Shown: positions 11,635-24,381 of the stretch, in pieces
Numbering within the stretch: position 1 is the stretch's first letter
How the letters are laid out: every line of letters starts with the position of its first letter
From: Spizellomyces punctatus DAOM BR117
Taxonomy: Eukaryota
NCBI GenBank assembly: GCA_000182565.2
Contig: KQ257464.1
Reading direction: 5' to 3' (one strand)
DNA: 64,000 nucleotides
The notes under the pieces: model-generated
What the model was told of the DNA's origin: nothing
Databases searched by the model: none
Seen by the model: only the letters and a program-made list of their open reading frames with translations
Program-made: the position numbers and the translations under genes

Positions 11635-14600
11635 ATGGCGTTCTTTTGGGGTTATTTCGCCCCGCACTATAGAGAGGTTTCGACGGTGCTTCAAAATCCT
11701 GTGAACTTGAAGAGGCTTTTCAAATGTGTCGCCGCGTTCTATATTGCCATGTTGTTTGGTCTCATACCATCATGGATCCGAATACTGGAACCTGAGACTG
11801 TCATGGCGCCCATTGCCCTCCTCCTTTTGCATCCTGCGCGGACTGTGGGTGCTCAGCTGGAGGTGATCATAACCGGTCTTGCTGGCGCTTTTATTGGCGT
11901 AGCCTGGGGGCTAGGAACCCTGGCTGCATTGGGAAGTTACTTCCAAAATTATCCAGGAGTCGACAATCAAGGATTTGGAAAAGCGGTAGTGGGACTAGGG
12001 TCGATTTTGGTATTCGTGTTTGGTGCCACGACTATCAACGCCAAATATCCACATCTACGAGTAAGTAAACCCGTATGATTCTCTTAGGTAACACTGCTGT
12101 CTGTCATCTGACATCCGATTCCGCATGCATTATAGAGCTTTTGTATGAACGGTTGTATTATCACCGTCCTCATCATTCCAGCAGTATTTGATATGCCCTC
12201 CTACCAGCCAGCACCGATCCTTTCCGCCTTGAAAGGTTATTGCATTGGGGCAGGAATTTCATTGGTCCTGAATATCTTCCCCTGGCCTGAATTCGCCAAT
12301 GAGCATCTGAAGTATGGCAGCTTTTCAGTCCAGGACTTCGGTTTGGCAGATTTTTAATCAGCGTCCTTTACAGGTCAACAATGTTCGATTCATTCAATAA
12401 AGTCCGCACCTGCCTAGATTCGGAAGTATCTCTGTTCCTTTCCTTCCCTGCCGCCTTTATCGATCCACCCACACCCAGGAGACGTGCAAGTACGCGGGAT
12501 TTGCAGAGGCGGTCATCCGTGTCTGCCGCTATGGCTACCTCACAACACCTTGCTGCCGCACGCTCTGCCGTCTCGGAAATTCATAATGCGCGCAAGGATG
12601 CAACTCATGAGCTTGGCTATGGTTATCACGCGCCGCATTCGCTCCGAGATTTAGAAAACTATACGCGATTAATGGTACGGCACTTGGGTGGGATGGCATC
12701 TGGAATTGCTGGAATGCAAGAAGTTATCGAAAGCAAGGATGTAGCCAACAGTGGTCGTGATGCCGTGATATCCTCTTTGCGGGCTTTCGTGACATGTATA
12801 GCACCGAATGTAAGGGACTTGAAGAAGTGTTGTCTAGATGCTCTGGAGATGACTCCGGAGATCTTGTACAGACCAAAGGCTCAACATTGGTGGATACGAG
12901 CGAGTGAAGAAGGGCATTCGGACGATCTTAGCGCTACACGCAAGCGTTTGCAGAAGTCTTTGGAGCAGTACGACGAGGCACAAAAGCTAGCCTTCTCGCA
13001 ATGTACTCCTGGAACGACTACTGATACTAGGACGGCGGCAAACGTTGAGCCCCCTGCTAAAAAACCCCCTACCCCACCGCCACGAACATACTCTGCAGAA
13101 TCACCGACGCACGATCATGCGAAGGATGTAGGAACTGCCGACGACCAAAGTTTCGCTCACTCAACAAATCAGCTTCCTTCGGCACACACATCTCGGAACA
13201 GCAGTCTATCAGAGCGGATTGAGCTGGTACCATTAAGGACCACTGCATCTCGTGAAGGATCAGATGGCGATGACGATTTGATACCCACTTCTTCGCATGT
13301 GCATTGGACGAACGAGTTTTATTCAGTATGCTTTTTTGCATTGAGCTTACGAGAGTTTGCCAAATCTGTTTTGGACGAATTACGAGAAGCTGATCGACTC
13401 CATCGCACATGTGGTAACAGTCGTCGCGTCTTTTGGCCAAGAAGCGGTTGGATGTCGCGACATGGTCTGAGGCCCACGGTGAAGGGGAAAAGAAAAGGTT
13501 TGTTGCGCAATCATTGTTACGTGCTTGCAAGTGATGAGGACCTTACCAACGCTGTCGTATAATAGGGAGTTGTAAATGGAAATCCCCTTTCACCGCTTTC
13601 GTCGATGGTCTTTACACCTTCCATACGTTGATGAAGAGCCCAAACGTGCGGTTCGGTTTGAAGTCTGTTGTAGCTGTCGTTCTCTGCGGCGTCTGGGCTT
13701 TTATCTCTAGCACACGGCCATGGTACATTACCCAACGGGGTTATTGGGCTATGTTCACAACAGTTGTCGTCATGAATCCAACTGTCGGGGCTACTTCGAC
13801 GACCGCGGTTTATAGAATGATGGGGTAAGCTTACGCTGAATGACTGTCCCGCTTCAATCTCATTAAAACAAAAATGTGGGCTAACATAGGATTTTTGCAT
13901 ATTCAGAACTGTCTTCGCTGCAGTCTGGGCATATCTATCGCTTGTGATCGCCAATTTGAATGCAGGAGGTATGTGTCCGAGCTCTAGTTTCTATAGTCGA
14001 AGGTAATACCAACCCAAATGAACTTGTAGTGATCTGTGCAATGATGCTACCGATTACCATCATTGGCTTTTACATCGCTCTTTTCACCAGTCGGCGCTAC
14101 GCGGGCCTTGTTCTCCTCATCACGTACTGCACCATCATAGTGATGCCTTTTGAACCAAGAGGAGTTCCCGAATCCATATTGCACCTCGCAATTGCCCGGA
14201 CAGTTACTATATTTGGCGGCTCCGCCGTCGCGTTAATAGTTACGTGGGTACTGTTTCCGCGCCTCGCCCGTCGTGATGTGCGATTCGGAGTTGCGGCGAT
14301 AATGCGTGACGTGGCGGCTCTCTATGCCACACAAGTAGGAGGACTCCTTACTCCTCCCACTCCGTCGAGTGGCAGCGGCAAGGTCAACATAAACACGGAG
14401 ATTGAGCATTTCCTCTCGAAGGCGCAATCTCGTTTGACTGCAACCCGCCTCAGCATGACGATTGCAGCATCTGAGCCCGATTTGGATCGACCGTATGACA
14501 GCGGGACCTTTTGCGAGGTTGCAGATCGGCTACAAGCACTGATTGATATTTTGGCAGCGATGCGGGACTCTTTAAAGGCGGAAATGGATGATGAACTGGC

Positions 14601-14904
14601 AAACGTCCTATGGTCAGTTGCGGAAGAACGACGAAACCTCGTAGCTGCTCTCGTAGCGGCCTTTCACATACTCGCATCCTGTCTGGAAATGGCAGCACCC
14701 CTTCCCGTCCATTTCCCTCAAGTTGTACCTGCCCGCGAACGCTTACAGGAACGGTTAAAAACTGTGATGGGCAACCGGCGATTCTCATCTGTGTCTGCGT
14801 TGTATGTGCATGCCTATGCGTGTACAACGAAACGTATTGTAACAGAGTGCGAAGGTTTGCGTAAGGCATTGGGCGGGCTGCTCGGGTGCGGGACCAAGGC
14901 ATAG
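11635..14904 (+). CDS. FUSC/ArAE/ALMT-like membrane transporter (fungal Bre4-like architecture)
   Basis: Two TM bundles: N-terminal (LLLHPARTVGAQLE...VLNIFPWPEFANEHL) and C-terminal FUSC-like (FGLKSVVAV...RGYWAMFTTVVVMNPTVGATSTTAVYRMMGT...VTWVLFPRLARRDVR), each followed by a helical cytosolic region. Confidence 0.8.
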
Positions 14905-15191
14905 AGGTGAAGCACACACATATAAGGCAATTATTGGAGCTTACTAATCGTACCCTATTTCGAGGACCAAAATGTATTATGCTTTCTCTGTAAATTTTTA
15001 AAACACTGATCAAATGCCACACTGCAGTCACATGCGAAATTCCCTCAGACAGATTTGTGCTGACATATGGGACTTAAGTATTTGGCTTGGTAGCACTGGT
15101 GGTATCGCACATGAACCAATGGATATAGGATCCCGCAAACCATGCCATTCAGACAGATTGTCAAAAGGCAAACCCCCAATTACCGATGCTC

Positions 15192-16917
15192 CTACTGCCA
15201 ATCGTCACCCTGCCCATGATCAAACAAGTAGTTTGCTGCCAATTCTTCGTTCTTATCGCAGGCAAAAAATGCCTCGATAGCAAGCGCTCGGTCAAAGCCT
15301 AATGCAACCAACTGATATTGTACGATAAGCAAGAGTCGAGTGGATACCCTGTGAGTGGAATAGGTCACTACCAACCCGATTGATAGCAGCTTCCTCCTCA
15401 GGCGTTACAGAGATGTATTGCGGCCCAGGCCCTCCCTCGGCACCCCCTTCACCGGCTTCACCGAGGAGTTGAAAGAATTGGTCTTGATTCTGTGCGATTA
15501 ACTGCAGAGCTTGTACTTAGTAATGCGTTACCAGTCCTCCAAGAAGCGCTTTAATGTCACGTACTTGCATCATCTGCGGGTTACTCTGAGCAAGCTGTTG
15601 TAATAGTGGTTGTATCAGTTGAGGCTGTGTTTGTACTAGCTGGCGGAGTTGCTGAAACTGGGGAGAATTGCGTAGGAAAGCCAACTGATTTTGAGCATCG
15701 CCAAGGTTGAGTCCTCCAGCTCCAGCGGCAGCTGCACCCCCAGGTCCTTGCTGAGTAGCTTGCGCGGCAGCTTCGAACAAATTGATAAACTGACCGCCCT
15801 GTTGCCCTATTACCGTCCTTTTAGATCAATTAGTGGCAAATGCAGCATATGAAAGGTCGTACCTGTTCCGCCAGTAGTTGCAGCAGTGGTAGCAGGCTGA
15901 GATGCAAGTGGATCAGCGGCGGCGGGGGCAGGGACGGCTGGTGCGGCACCTGCACTAGGCGCAGGGGGTTGCGGAGCTAGATCTCGCGTAACGTGTTCGG
16001 GAATACCCTACAGACTTCATTAACACAATCCAAACAAGGCCATGGCCATGATGGTCCAACCAATACGTACAGTCATCAAATATTCAGCAGCTCTGTCAGG
16101 GTTGTTAAACGCTGCACGCATAGCTCTCACAACTTGATCCCGCTCGAAGCCCATTTCCACCAAGTTTTGTACAGCACTTCCATATGCACTACCGGTAGCT
16201 GGTGCCCGAAATAAGAACATGCCGTAAAGAGTCAGCATAAGTAGTATATCCTATAAACCCACCTAACGTTGACGCGTCAAACGAGCCGCCCTCCACTGGA
16301 ACAGCTGTGGTGGTTGTGTCACTGGCAGCAGACGCGGGAGTCGGTGTGGCTGGCGTACTTGGCACTGTCGGAGCTGTCGAGGCAATTGGGGCAGATGGAG
16401 CAGCTGGCGCTGCCGCCGGCGCAGGAGTTGATGGGGCCGCAGCTTTAGGCTATACATTGCAATAGGTCAATAACCGGACTTTCCACCTTTCCAATGGCTG
16501 GCCTAAATACCTTGCCGGTCATCACTACCAAGAAACCCTTTTCTTCAATCTTACATTCTTCCACGGTCTTAGAGTCCTCAAGAATCTTGCCTATTATGGG
16601 GGCGAATGAGACGACCACGTTCACTCGACTGCACTACTGCAGATCATGCTGCCTACCAGAATAGATCAACTTTTGCTGAGAAACCTCAAACCCTTGCGAC
16701 TCTTCAATTCTCTTTTTCACTTCCGAGATCTAGCAAGTAGGAAAAAGCATAATACTGAGCCGTCTGAACTGTCCAACAGAGACTGTTATGTATCAACGCC
16801 ATTGCAGAGGCGGTATTGACCTCGCAACAAGTTCCTTTATCCATAACATACCTTATCCGTCGGCTCTGCTTCGATGTGGAAAGATTTTTGGGCGAGTGTT
16901 TTGATTGTCAATTTCAT
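15192..16917 (-). CDS. RAD23: UV excision repair / ubiquitin shuttle protein RAD23
   Basis: UBL ([22 protein letters not shown]...QKLIYSGKILED), UBA1 ([35 protein letters not shown]), XPC-binding ([16 protein letters not shown]), UBA2 ([27 protein letters not shown]). Confidence 0.97.
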
Positions 16918-16952
16918 GGTGAGATCTTAAAACCATCAGTCCAATCAGCCAT

Positions 16953-16966
16953 GTCGTTCTAGCAAC
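16953..16966. promoter_or_regulatory. X-box-like (RFX) motif GTCGTTCTAGCAAC upstream of RAD23
   Basis: Exact AGCAAC half-site, degenerate left half, ~35 nt upstream of the RAD23 ATG; CCAAT at 16941. Confidence 0.3.
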
Positions 16967-17129
16967 AACGGACACGGTACATATTGTTTGTCCAGCTTAC
17001 CTTTGCGTAGCCAAAGTAGGAAGATGCAAGTAAGAGTGAAATTGAGCAGCACCTCAAAGGCGAGATGGCTTCCGATAAAATCTCCAAGGCGCAAGTTGTC
17101 ACGACGGTTGGAAAAGACATCACGACCAG

Positions 17130-17152
17130 ATGAGTCATTGATGACGCGTCAT
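17130..17152. promoter_or_regulatory. AP-1/Gcn4 site ATGAGTCAT plus perfect 12-bp palindrome ATGACGCGTCAT
   Basis: Both read directly in the RAD23/FMP52 divergent intergenic region. Confidence 0.4.
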
Positions 17153-17226
17153 ATCACAACACCGTCGAGTCCGCCCACCGCTTTCCTTCGACAAGTCATT
17201 TTGCAATAGGACGGATTAACAGCAGC

Positions 17227-18176
17227 ATGTCCTCCACGACCAAAGTAGTGGCCTCTGCAACAGCCGCCTTGTCAGCTGCAGACGCTGCTGCAACCACAGC
17301 CTTCAAGGCTGGTAAACATGCCGCCATTATTATGGGTGCAACTGGGGCTGTGGGCAAAGCACTAGTTCGAGAGGTTATGGAAGCGGATGCGTTTGAGAAG
17401 GTTACACTACTGCTGCGTCGAGAGGTAGAATATGAAGGTCCTCATAGCGAGAAACTGGTAAGAAGGCTGTTGCTGCGTATATCTGATTATCTGGACACGT
17501 CACACTGCGCATAAAGACTCAGAAGAAGGTGGACTTTGAGAACCTTGAGGAAAGCGTCTTTGCTGGCCATGAGTAAGTGTCGTCAGATGTCTCTTGTTGC
17601 GCGTTGGTCTCACCAACCAGTTTATGCAGTGTCATGTTCTGCACGTTTGGAACAACACGAGCGCAAGCCGGCTCTGCTGTATGTTAAAAATGATCGGTAG
17701 TCATACACTATTCAGTGTCTGACAGCTCCTTCTTGCAGGAAGCATTCCAAAAGATAGATCGCGACTATGTCCTCAACGCCGCAAAATTATTCAAATCCGC
17801 AAATCCAACTACCCCCCTCCACTTCCTCTACACTAGCAGTGGTGGTGCTAACGCCAGCAGCTGGCTACTCTATCCCCGCACCAAGGGAGAAATTGAAAAC
17901 GGCCTGAAATCCATGAATTTCGCCAAATGTTCAATATTTCGCCCGGGATTCTTGGTATTGGAAGAGGAGCGAAGAGGTAGCCGTTTTGCTGAAGACATGG
18001 TGGCTCCGATACTGGGAGGTGCCTTCGGGAGATGGACTGGTCTGTCGACTCCAGTTGGTAGTTGTGCCCGTGCCATGCGTCGCTGGGCCGTTGGTGGAGG
18101 TGAAGGTATAACGGTAGAGGTTAAGGATGGCACGTATACTATTGAGAACAAGGATATTCTGAAGATGGGCGCATAA
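17227..18176 (+). CDS. FMP52: FMP52/HTATIP2(TIP30)-like atypical NAD(P)-binding SDR
   Basis: IIMGATGAVGKAL Rossmann motif; FCTFGTTRAQAGSAEAFQKIDRDYVL; SSGGANASSWLLYPRTKGEIE; IFRPGFL; 3 introns. Confidence 0.85.
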
Positions 18177-18272
18177 TACTCTGGAAAGTGCATGATGGAT
18201 GTCATTAGCAATCGAACAATATCTCATATAGCAACTTCTATATATAATGTTGACTTTGCCTGAGGGATTCAC

Positions 18273-20603
18273 TTACCAAAAAACAGGGGCGGAGGGTACA
18301 AAAATGGACGATTCCTCACGCTTGATCCACTTTTGGAGTCCAGCGATACCTTCCATTGCAGCAGCCTTAGAAACTAAAGGGCTAAAAGACGCGTATATCT
18401 CGTGTGTGGGAGTTGACTAGAGATAAACCAGCGGAACAGTCAGCAATAAGCCAGCGTCGAATCGACTTGAACTAATCCATACATAGGACATCACGGCTTC
18501 AGTAGGAGTCGCATGGAAGATGACTCTGGCCGGGTTCTCGCGAGCATGCATTCTTTCTAAGGCGTACTGATATGCGCGCAATAGTCTGTGTAGCGAGGTT
18601 TTCGTCAAAACTTGCAAAGGCTGAGGTCCCGGCATAGTCAGCTTACCGTCGTCTATCTTCTTTTCGTGTATAAGGGGCAGACAGTGATGGCTCTGTGTAC
18701 TGGACGAGCGTGGTTGATTTATAGATGAAGTGCCGCAAACTTGGCACTTCCACCTCGACTGGAAATGTAATTACCGAGATTGGTATGCTTAACCCTATTT
18801 TGAAGGTCTCAAGAAGCACCATTGCCTTACCGATACTGTACGGATCAGCTCTGATTGCGTCGTCAATGGCTTCCACGCACCCAGTTGTTTCCAGTCCCTG
18901 TAATCAGATTTGTGAAACTGTGAACCCTCGGACTCATATTTCGGTATCTTCTACCTGGGAAATTTGCTGTTTGTACTCCGACATCTCAAAGAAAGCGTCC
19001 TTATCCGTCGAGGCGAGGACCAAACAGAGGTCTGTCCCAAGGAAGCACACATAGGTATGGAGGAAAGCTCGGTTGTTAAATTGAGGGAAACAAACAGGAG
19101 TCCAAGTCTCCACCGAACGGAATCCGGATGAAGACGAAATCATATTCATAACAAGGTGCAAGTCTAAATTCAACAGGCATCATGATGAGAAATATCAGAA
19201 AAAATTCACAAGTCATGCTACCTGTTGGATGAAGGCTGTACCGCTTAGGACGGACTAGGGTGACCAACTTGTCCCTGGCAATCAGAATCCCAAACACAAG
19301 AGACTACATAGCAAACTTAAAGAAGAATACTGTCATGATGTAGCATTGACGATTTACCTTGGGCGTCCCTATGGCCAATACGTTTCCAATCTTCTGCCGT
19401 AACCGGGACGACATTCGAAGACATGGAATGGCACCCAGAAAGTAACCGGACCCACTTTGAAACGCGCCAGACAAATGGTCCAAAAACATCTCCGTTCCTA
19501 TGAATAAGATTCAGCTGTGCACCTCGTGCAATGTTGAAAAGGATAAAGGATGTTCACCTGATAAAAGGTTTCGCAGATCGTAATTCCCTCTCGTTTCGAA
19601 TATACGGGTCAGCGCAGCTCCGGTCAAGACGAAGAGGATCTGGGCGTAAAGACATTCCAATTGTTGACGCAACTGGTGAACAATTGGAATGATAGTCGTC
19701 ATTAGGTGATTAGCGTGTTTCAAAAGGGACGGCATTCGTATCAGTCGCTAACCTGCAATTCGGATTCGCCGGTCGACGAAACTGCAACCAAGTATAGTGG
19801 TCCTTTCATTGAAAAGACGAATTTGTGCGAACCGGCATTCAAGCATCTGAATATGAAATACATACGTGGAGAGATTAACATTCTGAAAAGCCCACACACC
19901 TATACGAGGTAATAAGAACCTGATAGAGTCATCATCACTTGCAAAGAATGACAATATTGCTTGAATTAGTCCCATGAAGCTCGAAAGCTTGGCTTCGTCC
20001 CCATATCTGCCAGAATGTTACCCTTGATTATTCGGTACGCTGGGAATGCAAGACGCTATACCTCGAGTAAATAGGTTTGCCGGCGCTGCTTAGAATAAAA
20101 AAGTGTTTTTTATGATGTGTCCAGCGGCTGGACGTCGGGACTGTGGTGATTCAAGAGACGGCCATCGTCCGGGAATGTCAAAGTTGGAAGGTGCGAGTGG
20201 AGGTGCACTCTTAATAAAATAGATGCACACCTTCATCACCGTATCGTCGTAAACTGTCCCCAGCTTGCGTCGGTGATACCACATTTTTATGCTTCTGAAA
20301 GGATTTTCGCCGCGTTTCGGCAATCAAATCCGGCTGCATTTGGTTATCCGAACGAGCCAAAAGAGCGCTTGCAGAGTCTAGAACGCAGCAAGGACGAGCA
20401 TGTCAGCACAGATATGAGAGATAAATTTAAGGCACCATAGAAAGAAACTGACCCAGAGCGGGAGCAAGCTCTGCCACACAGGGCCCCTCACTGGAAACTG
20501 GTGAAGGACATTGAGAGGACAAGGGAGACTCCCCATCTGCAGCTGACGGACCCAGTGGTCCTTCAGGGTGCATAGGTTCTGCCTCTACGGCATCTTTGCT
20601 CAT
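18273..20603 (-). CDS. MON1: Vacuolar fusion protein MON1 (Ypt7/Rab7 GEF subunit)
   Basis: Spliced [20 protein letters not shown] signature; KGPLYLVAVSSTGESELQLRQQL; NYDLRNLLSGTE; LVRPKRYSLHP; ETWTPVCFPQFN; LRHFIYKS; KWIKREE. Confidence 0.93.
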
Positions 20604-21082
20604 TTCTACGTAGTCTGGACACTTGTTGCTGCACACTGTGGTCTGCCGTATCAGTATGTCAAATTCCGGCAACGGCGATCTCTCATTGCCGCGTTTTACA
20701 TGAAGTGCTAATGCTGACGTAAAACGATCGAAGTACAAATGCCAGCAAACTGGGTTGACATTTTGAAATTGTCAAACATGTTTTGGCTTTGAGACTAGAA
20801 TGGATCACAAAATACTACCCGCTGATGAACGGTGACAAGTAATGTTCTTGACCTCTACCAATTTATGGTGAAAGACCAATTCTTGCAAAGTCGTATGAAA
20901 AGCTCAGCAGCTATCGCGAAGGTCCTTGCTCGGGTTATGAGATAGTGTACGATGTTCCTTATGCGCACCTCAATGCGCCATGAGACAAGGATTGTACCAG
21001 GCTTTCCCTCTCCGGCTCTTTGGCAACTACGGCGATAGGTTCAGAAGGGAGTTCGGACGACGACGACGAGGCTTAGTCAGCT

Positions 21083-21096
21083 GTTATCATGGCAAC
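21083..21096. promoter_or_regulatory. X-box (RFX) motif GTTATCATGGCAAC in the MON1/STT3 divergent promoter
   Basis: Fits the GTHNYY-AT-RRNAAC X-box consensus. Confidence 0.45.
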
Positions 21097-21268
21097 AAGC
21101 GGCGTATCCATTCCCATGCGCTGTTCCAAGTCCTGCACCCATCTCCTCCCAGATCGTTCGCAGTTCGACGTTTGCCAAAGTCACCGGATATCCTTACCGC
21201 GCTTTTTTTGAGTAGAGCAGGTGCCGGTGAGCATATTCAACACGATCTTCCGCGAAGTAGCGGTCAAC

Positions 21269-24060
21269 ATGTTGGGTCTCAGCGCATCCAGTGGTAGGTG
21301 TTGGTCAAATGCTGTATTCCTGGTTCAGTAGACACTACTCTCTTGGTAGTGTTATTAATAGTTTAACGGCAAATCTAACGCTTTCAATATAGAGAGCGTT
21401 TGGCTGCGCGTGACGGTTCTTTCGCTTGTTGCCGTCTTGGCTTTTGCGTCGCGTTTGTTTTCGGTGCTGCGTTTCGGTAAGGGCCACATCTTGCATGGGT
21501 TTGACACTATTCACAGCAATGAATTTCAATGACTGATCTGTGAATAATTGGTTCTCCTGTAGAAAGCGTTATTCACGAATTTGATCCATGGTATGAGCCA
21601 CAATCGGTCTGTTGTCAAGTAGTAATTATTCATCTAGAATCGCGATCTAGGTTTAACTATCGCACAACTGTCGAATTGGTCGAGAATGGATTTTATGATT
21701 TCGTTAACTGGTACGAGGAACATAATGCTTAAGATGTCTGCAACCTGTATCTTACCATCTTGATAGGTTTGACGAGCTCTCCTGGTATCCATTGGGACGT
21801 GTTGTCGGCGGCACCGTATACCCTGGGATCATGGTCACAGCGGGGATCATACATAAAGTGTTGACAGCGTTAAACTTCCCCATCCACATTCGCGAAGTTT
21901 GCGTCTTCCTGGCTCCTCTCTTTTCGGCCTTCACGGCGGTTGCAGCATACCTGTTGACAAGCGAAATGAAGGATTCAGCTGCAGGGCTTCTGGCAGCGGC
22001 GTTCATTGGAATTGCCCCAGGTTACATTTCACGCTCAGTTGCCGGCTCGTATGACAATGAGGGTATTGCCATTTTCCTTCTTGTCTTCACCTTTTATCTT
22101 TGGATTAAAGCCGTCAAGCTCGGGTCCGCCTTCTACGGAGCCATGACCGCGCTTTTTTACTTTTGGATGGTGTCAGCGTGGGGAGGCTACGTCTTCATCA
22201 CGAACTTGATTCCGCTCCATGTATTTGCCCTCATCCTGATGGGTCGCTTCTCCCCGCGGCTCTATGTATCATATTCGACTTTCTACATCATCGGAACTAT
22301 ATCGTCGATGATAATCCCCTTTGTCGGGTTTCAACCGACCAGAACCAGCGAGCACATGGCGGCACTTGGTAGGTTCATTGCAGATGCGCTACTGGCTTGT
22401 GACCATTACTTAGAGCATCTGGTAGGTATATTTGGTTTACTCCAGATCATGGCCTTTGTCGAATTTATTCGGGGCCACTTGTCGGCAAATCAGTTCCAAT
22501 TGCTCTTTTATGGCCTGATTTCTGGTTTCTTCCTTCTCGGATTGGCGGCGCTAGTGGCGTTGACAGTAGGAGGTTACATCGCACCATGGACTGGCCGGTT
22601 TTACTCGCTGTGGGACACTGGATATGCGAAGAAGTATATACCCATTATTGCGTCTGTGTCCGAACACCAGCCCACCGCATGGACATCATTCTTCTTTGAT
22701 CTCCAGTTGCTCATAGTTTTATTCCCAGCCGGTCTTTATTTCTGCTTCCAGGTACGGCGCAGTACCTGCCCTTTTCATATTCCTGTATTGGTAACCTAAA
22801 CCTTGCGTGCCCAGGAATTGAGGGATGAGCACGTGTTTGTTATTTTGTATGCGGGCACTGCTGCGTATTTCGCTGGCGTCATGGTTCGTCTTATGCTGAC
22901 TCTGACGCCGATCGTTTGTGTCGCTGCAGCTATTGCTGTTTCGACAGCACTGGAAATCTTCCTCAAAAAATCCAAACCTCCAAAGGCTAGCAGTCCCAGT
23001 ACAAAGGCAGCCGACGACAAGAAGAGCAAAGAGACAAAGACACCTAAACTCGCTGAAAAGAAAAAGAAAGATGATAAGACCAGCCGGGGACTGTGGAGTT
23101 TGGAGGCAAAAGTGGCAGGCGTTCTTCCGCTGGTCATTATTCTGGCGCAATTTGCGTTCCATTGCACCTGGGTAACGTCAAATGCGTACTCTTCACCGTC
23201 TATTGTACTGGCCTCCAGAAAGCACGATGGATCTCAGCACATCATTGATGACTTCAGGGAAGCCTACTACTGGCTTCGACAAAACACCCACGAAAAGGCA
23301 AAGATTATGTCTTGGTGGGATTATGGGTACCAGATTACTGGTATGTCGAACCGTACAGTTTTGGTGGACAACAATACATGGAACAATACGCACATTGCCA
23401 CGGTTGGGAAAGCCATGTCTTGTTCCGAGGACGTCTCCTACGAGGTCATGCGTAAGCTGGACGTTGACTACATTTTGGTTATTTTTGGGGGAGCCATTGG
23501 ATATTCTGGAGACGATATCAATAAGTTCTTGTGGATGGTTCGAATTGGCGAAGGTGTCTACCCGAATGAGGTGAACGAGCGAGCTTTCTTCACCGAAAGA
23601 GGCGAGTACCGGGTAGACGATCTCGCTACCCCGACCATGAAGAATAGCCTGATGTACAAATTGTCCTACTATCGGTTCCATGAACTTTTCGGAGGTGGTC
23701 CCGCGCACGATAGTGTGCGTGGCGCGACCATACCAAACAAGCCTATTAAGCTGAGCACTGTGGATGAAGGTTAGCCGATACTTTATTTGACGTTGGATGC
23801 CTGCAATTCTCACTCTTTTCCCCGGGAAACAGTCTACACTACTGAGAATTGGATTGTTCGCATCTACGAAGTTAAAACGCCAGATAACATTGGCAGAACA
23901 ATGTCTGCTGCTTCCACGTGGGTTTCTGCTCTGTTCAATCCTGTACCGCGCTAAATACTCAATTTCTCACGGTCTTTCGTCCAGATTTGGCAAGAAGCGA
24001 CGTCGACGAGTTCGCCGAAAGGTATCGCGCAGCACCAGCCGCCGACGTCGGCAGGATTAG
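21269..24060 (+). CDS. STT3: Oligosaccharyltransferase catalytic subunit STT3
   Basis: [43 protein letters not shown] motif, [17 protein letters not shown]; very basic C-terminal tail. Confidence 0.98.
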
Positions 24061-24381
24061 GTATTAGTGTATAGCTACACAATGACTTTCTGTATATCAG
24101 TTGGGATGCACATATGAAATCGAAAATTCGGCAACTTTATCCCCGAACCAGAAATGTCCGCGTGCCCGTACGTGTTTAATTTGCGCAATGCAGTGTGAGC
24201 TGTTTCTACCTGAAGTCCTACATATGGCCATCCAGCGGAATAAACACCAAACGTCTATGTCCAGAGTAATATAAAGATATACAATTTGCTGAGGCGTGCA
24301 TAAACTAATATAATGTGGGAGAACCCTCATAATACGTATCAATCTAGCGCATCCTGGGTTAACCAAGGAGTATGTTATCAT

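Noticed and set aside
23985-24060. Protamine-like Arg-rich STT3 tail
   Set aside because: Basic C-terminal tails are known in STT3B-type proteins.
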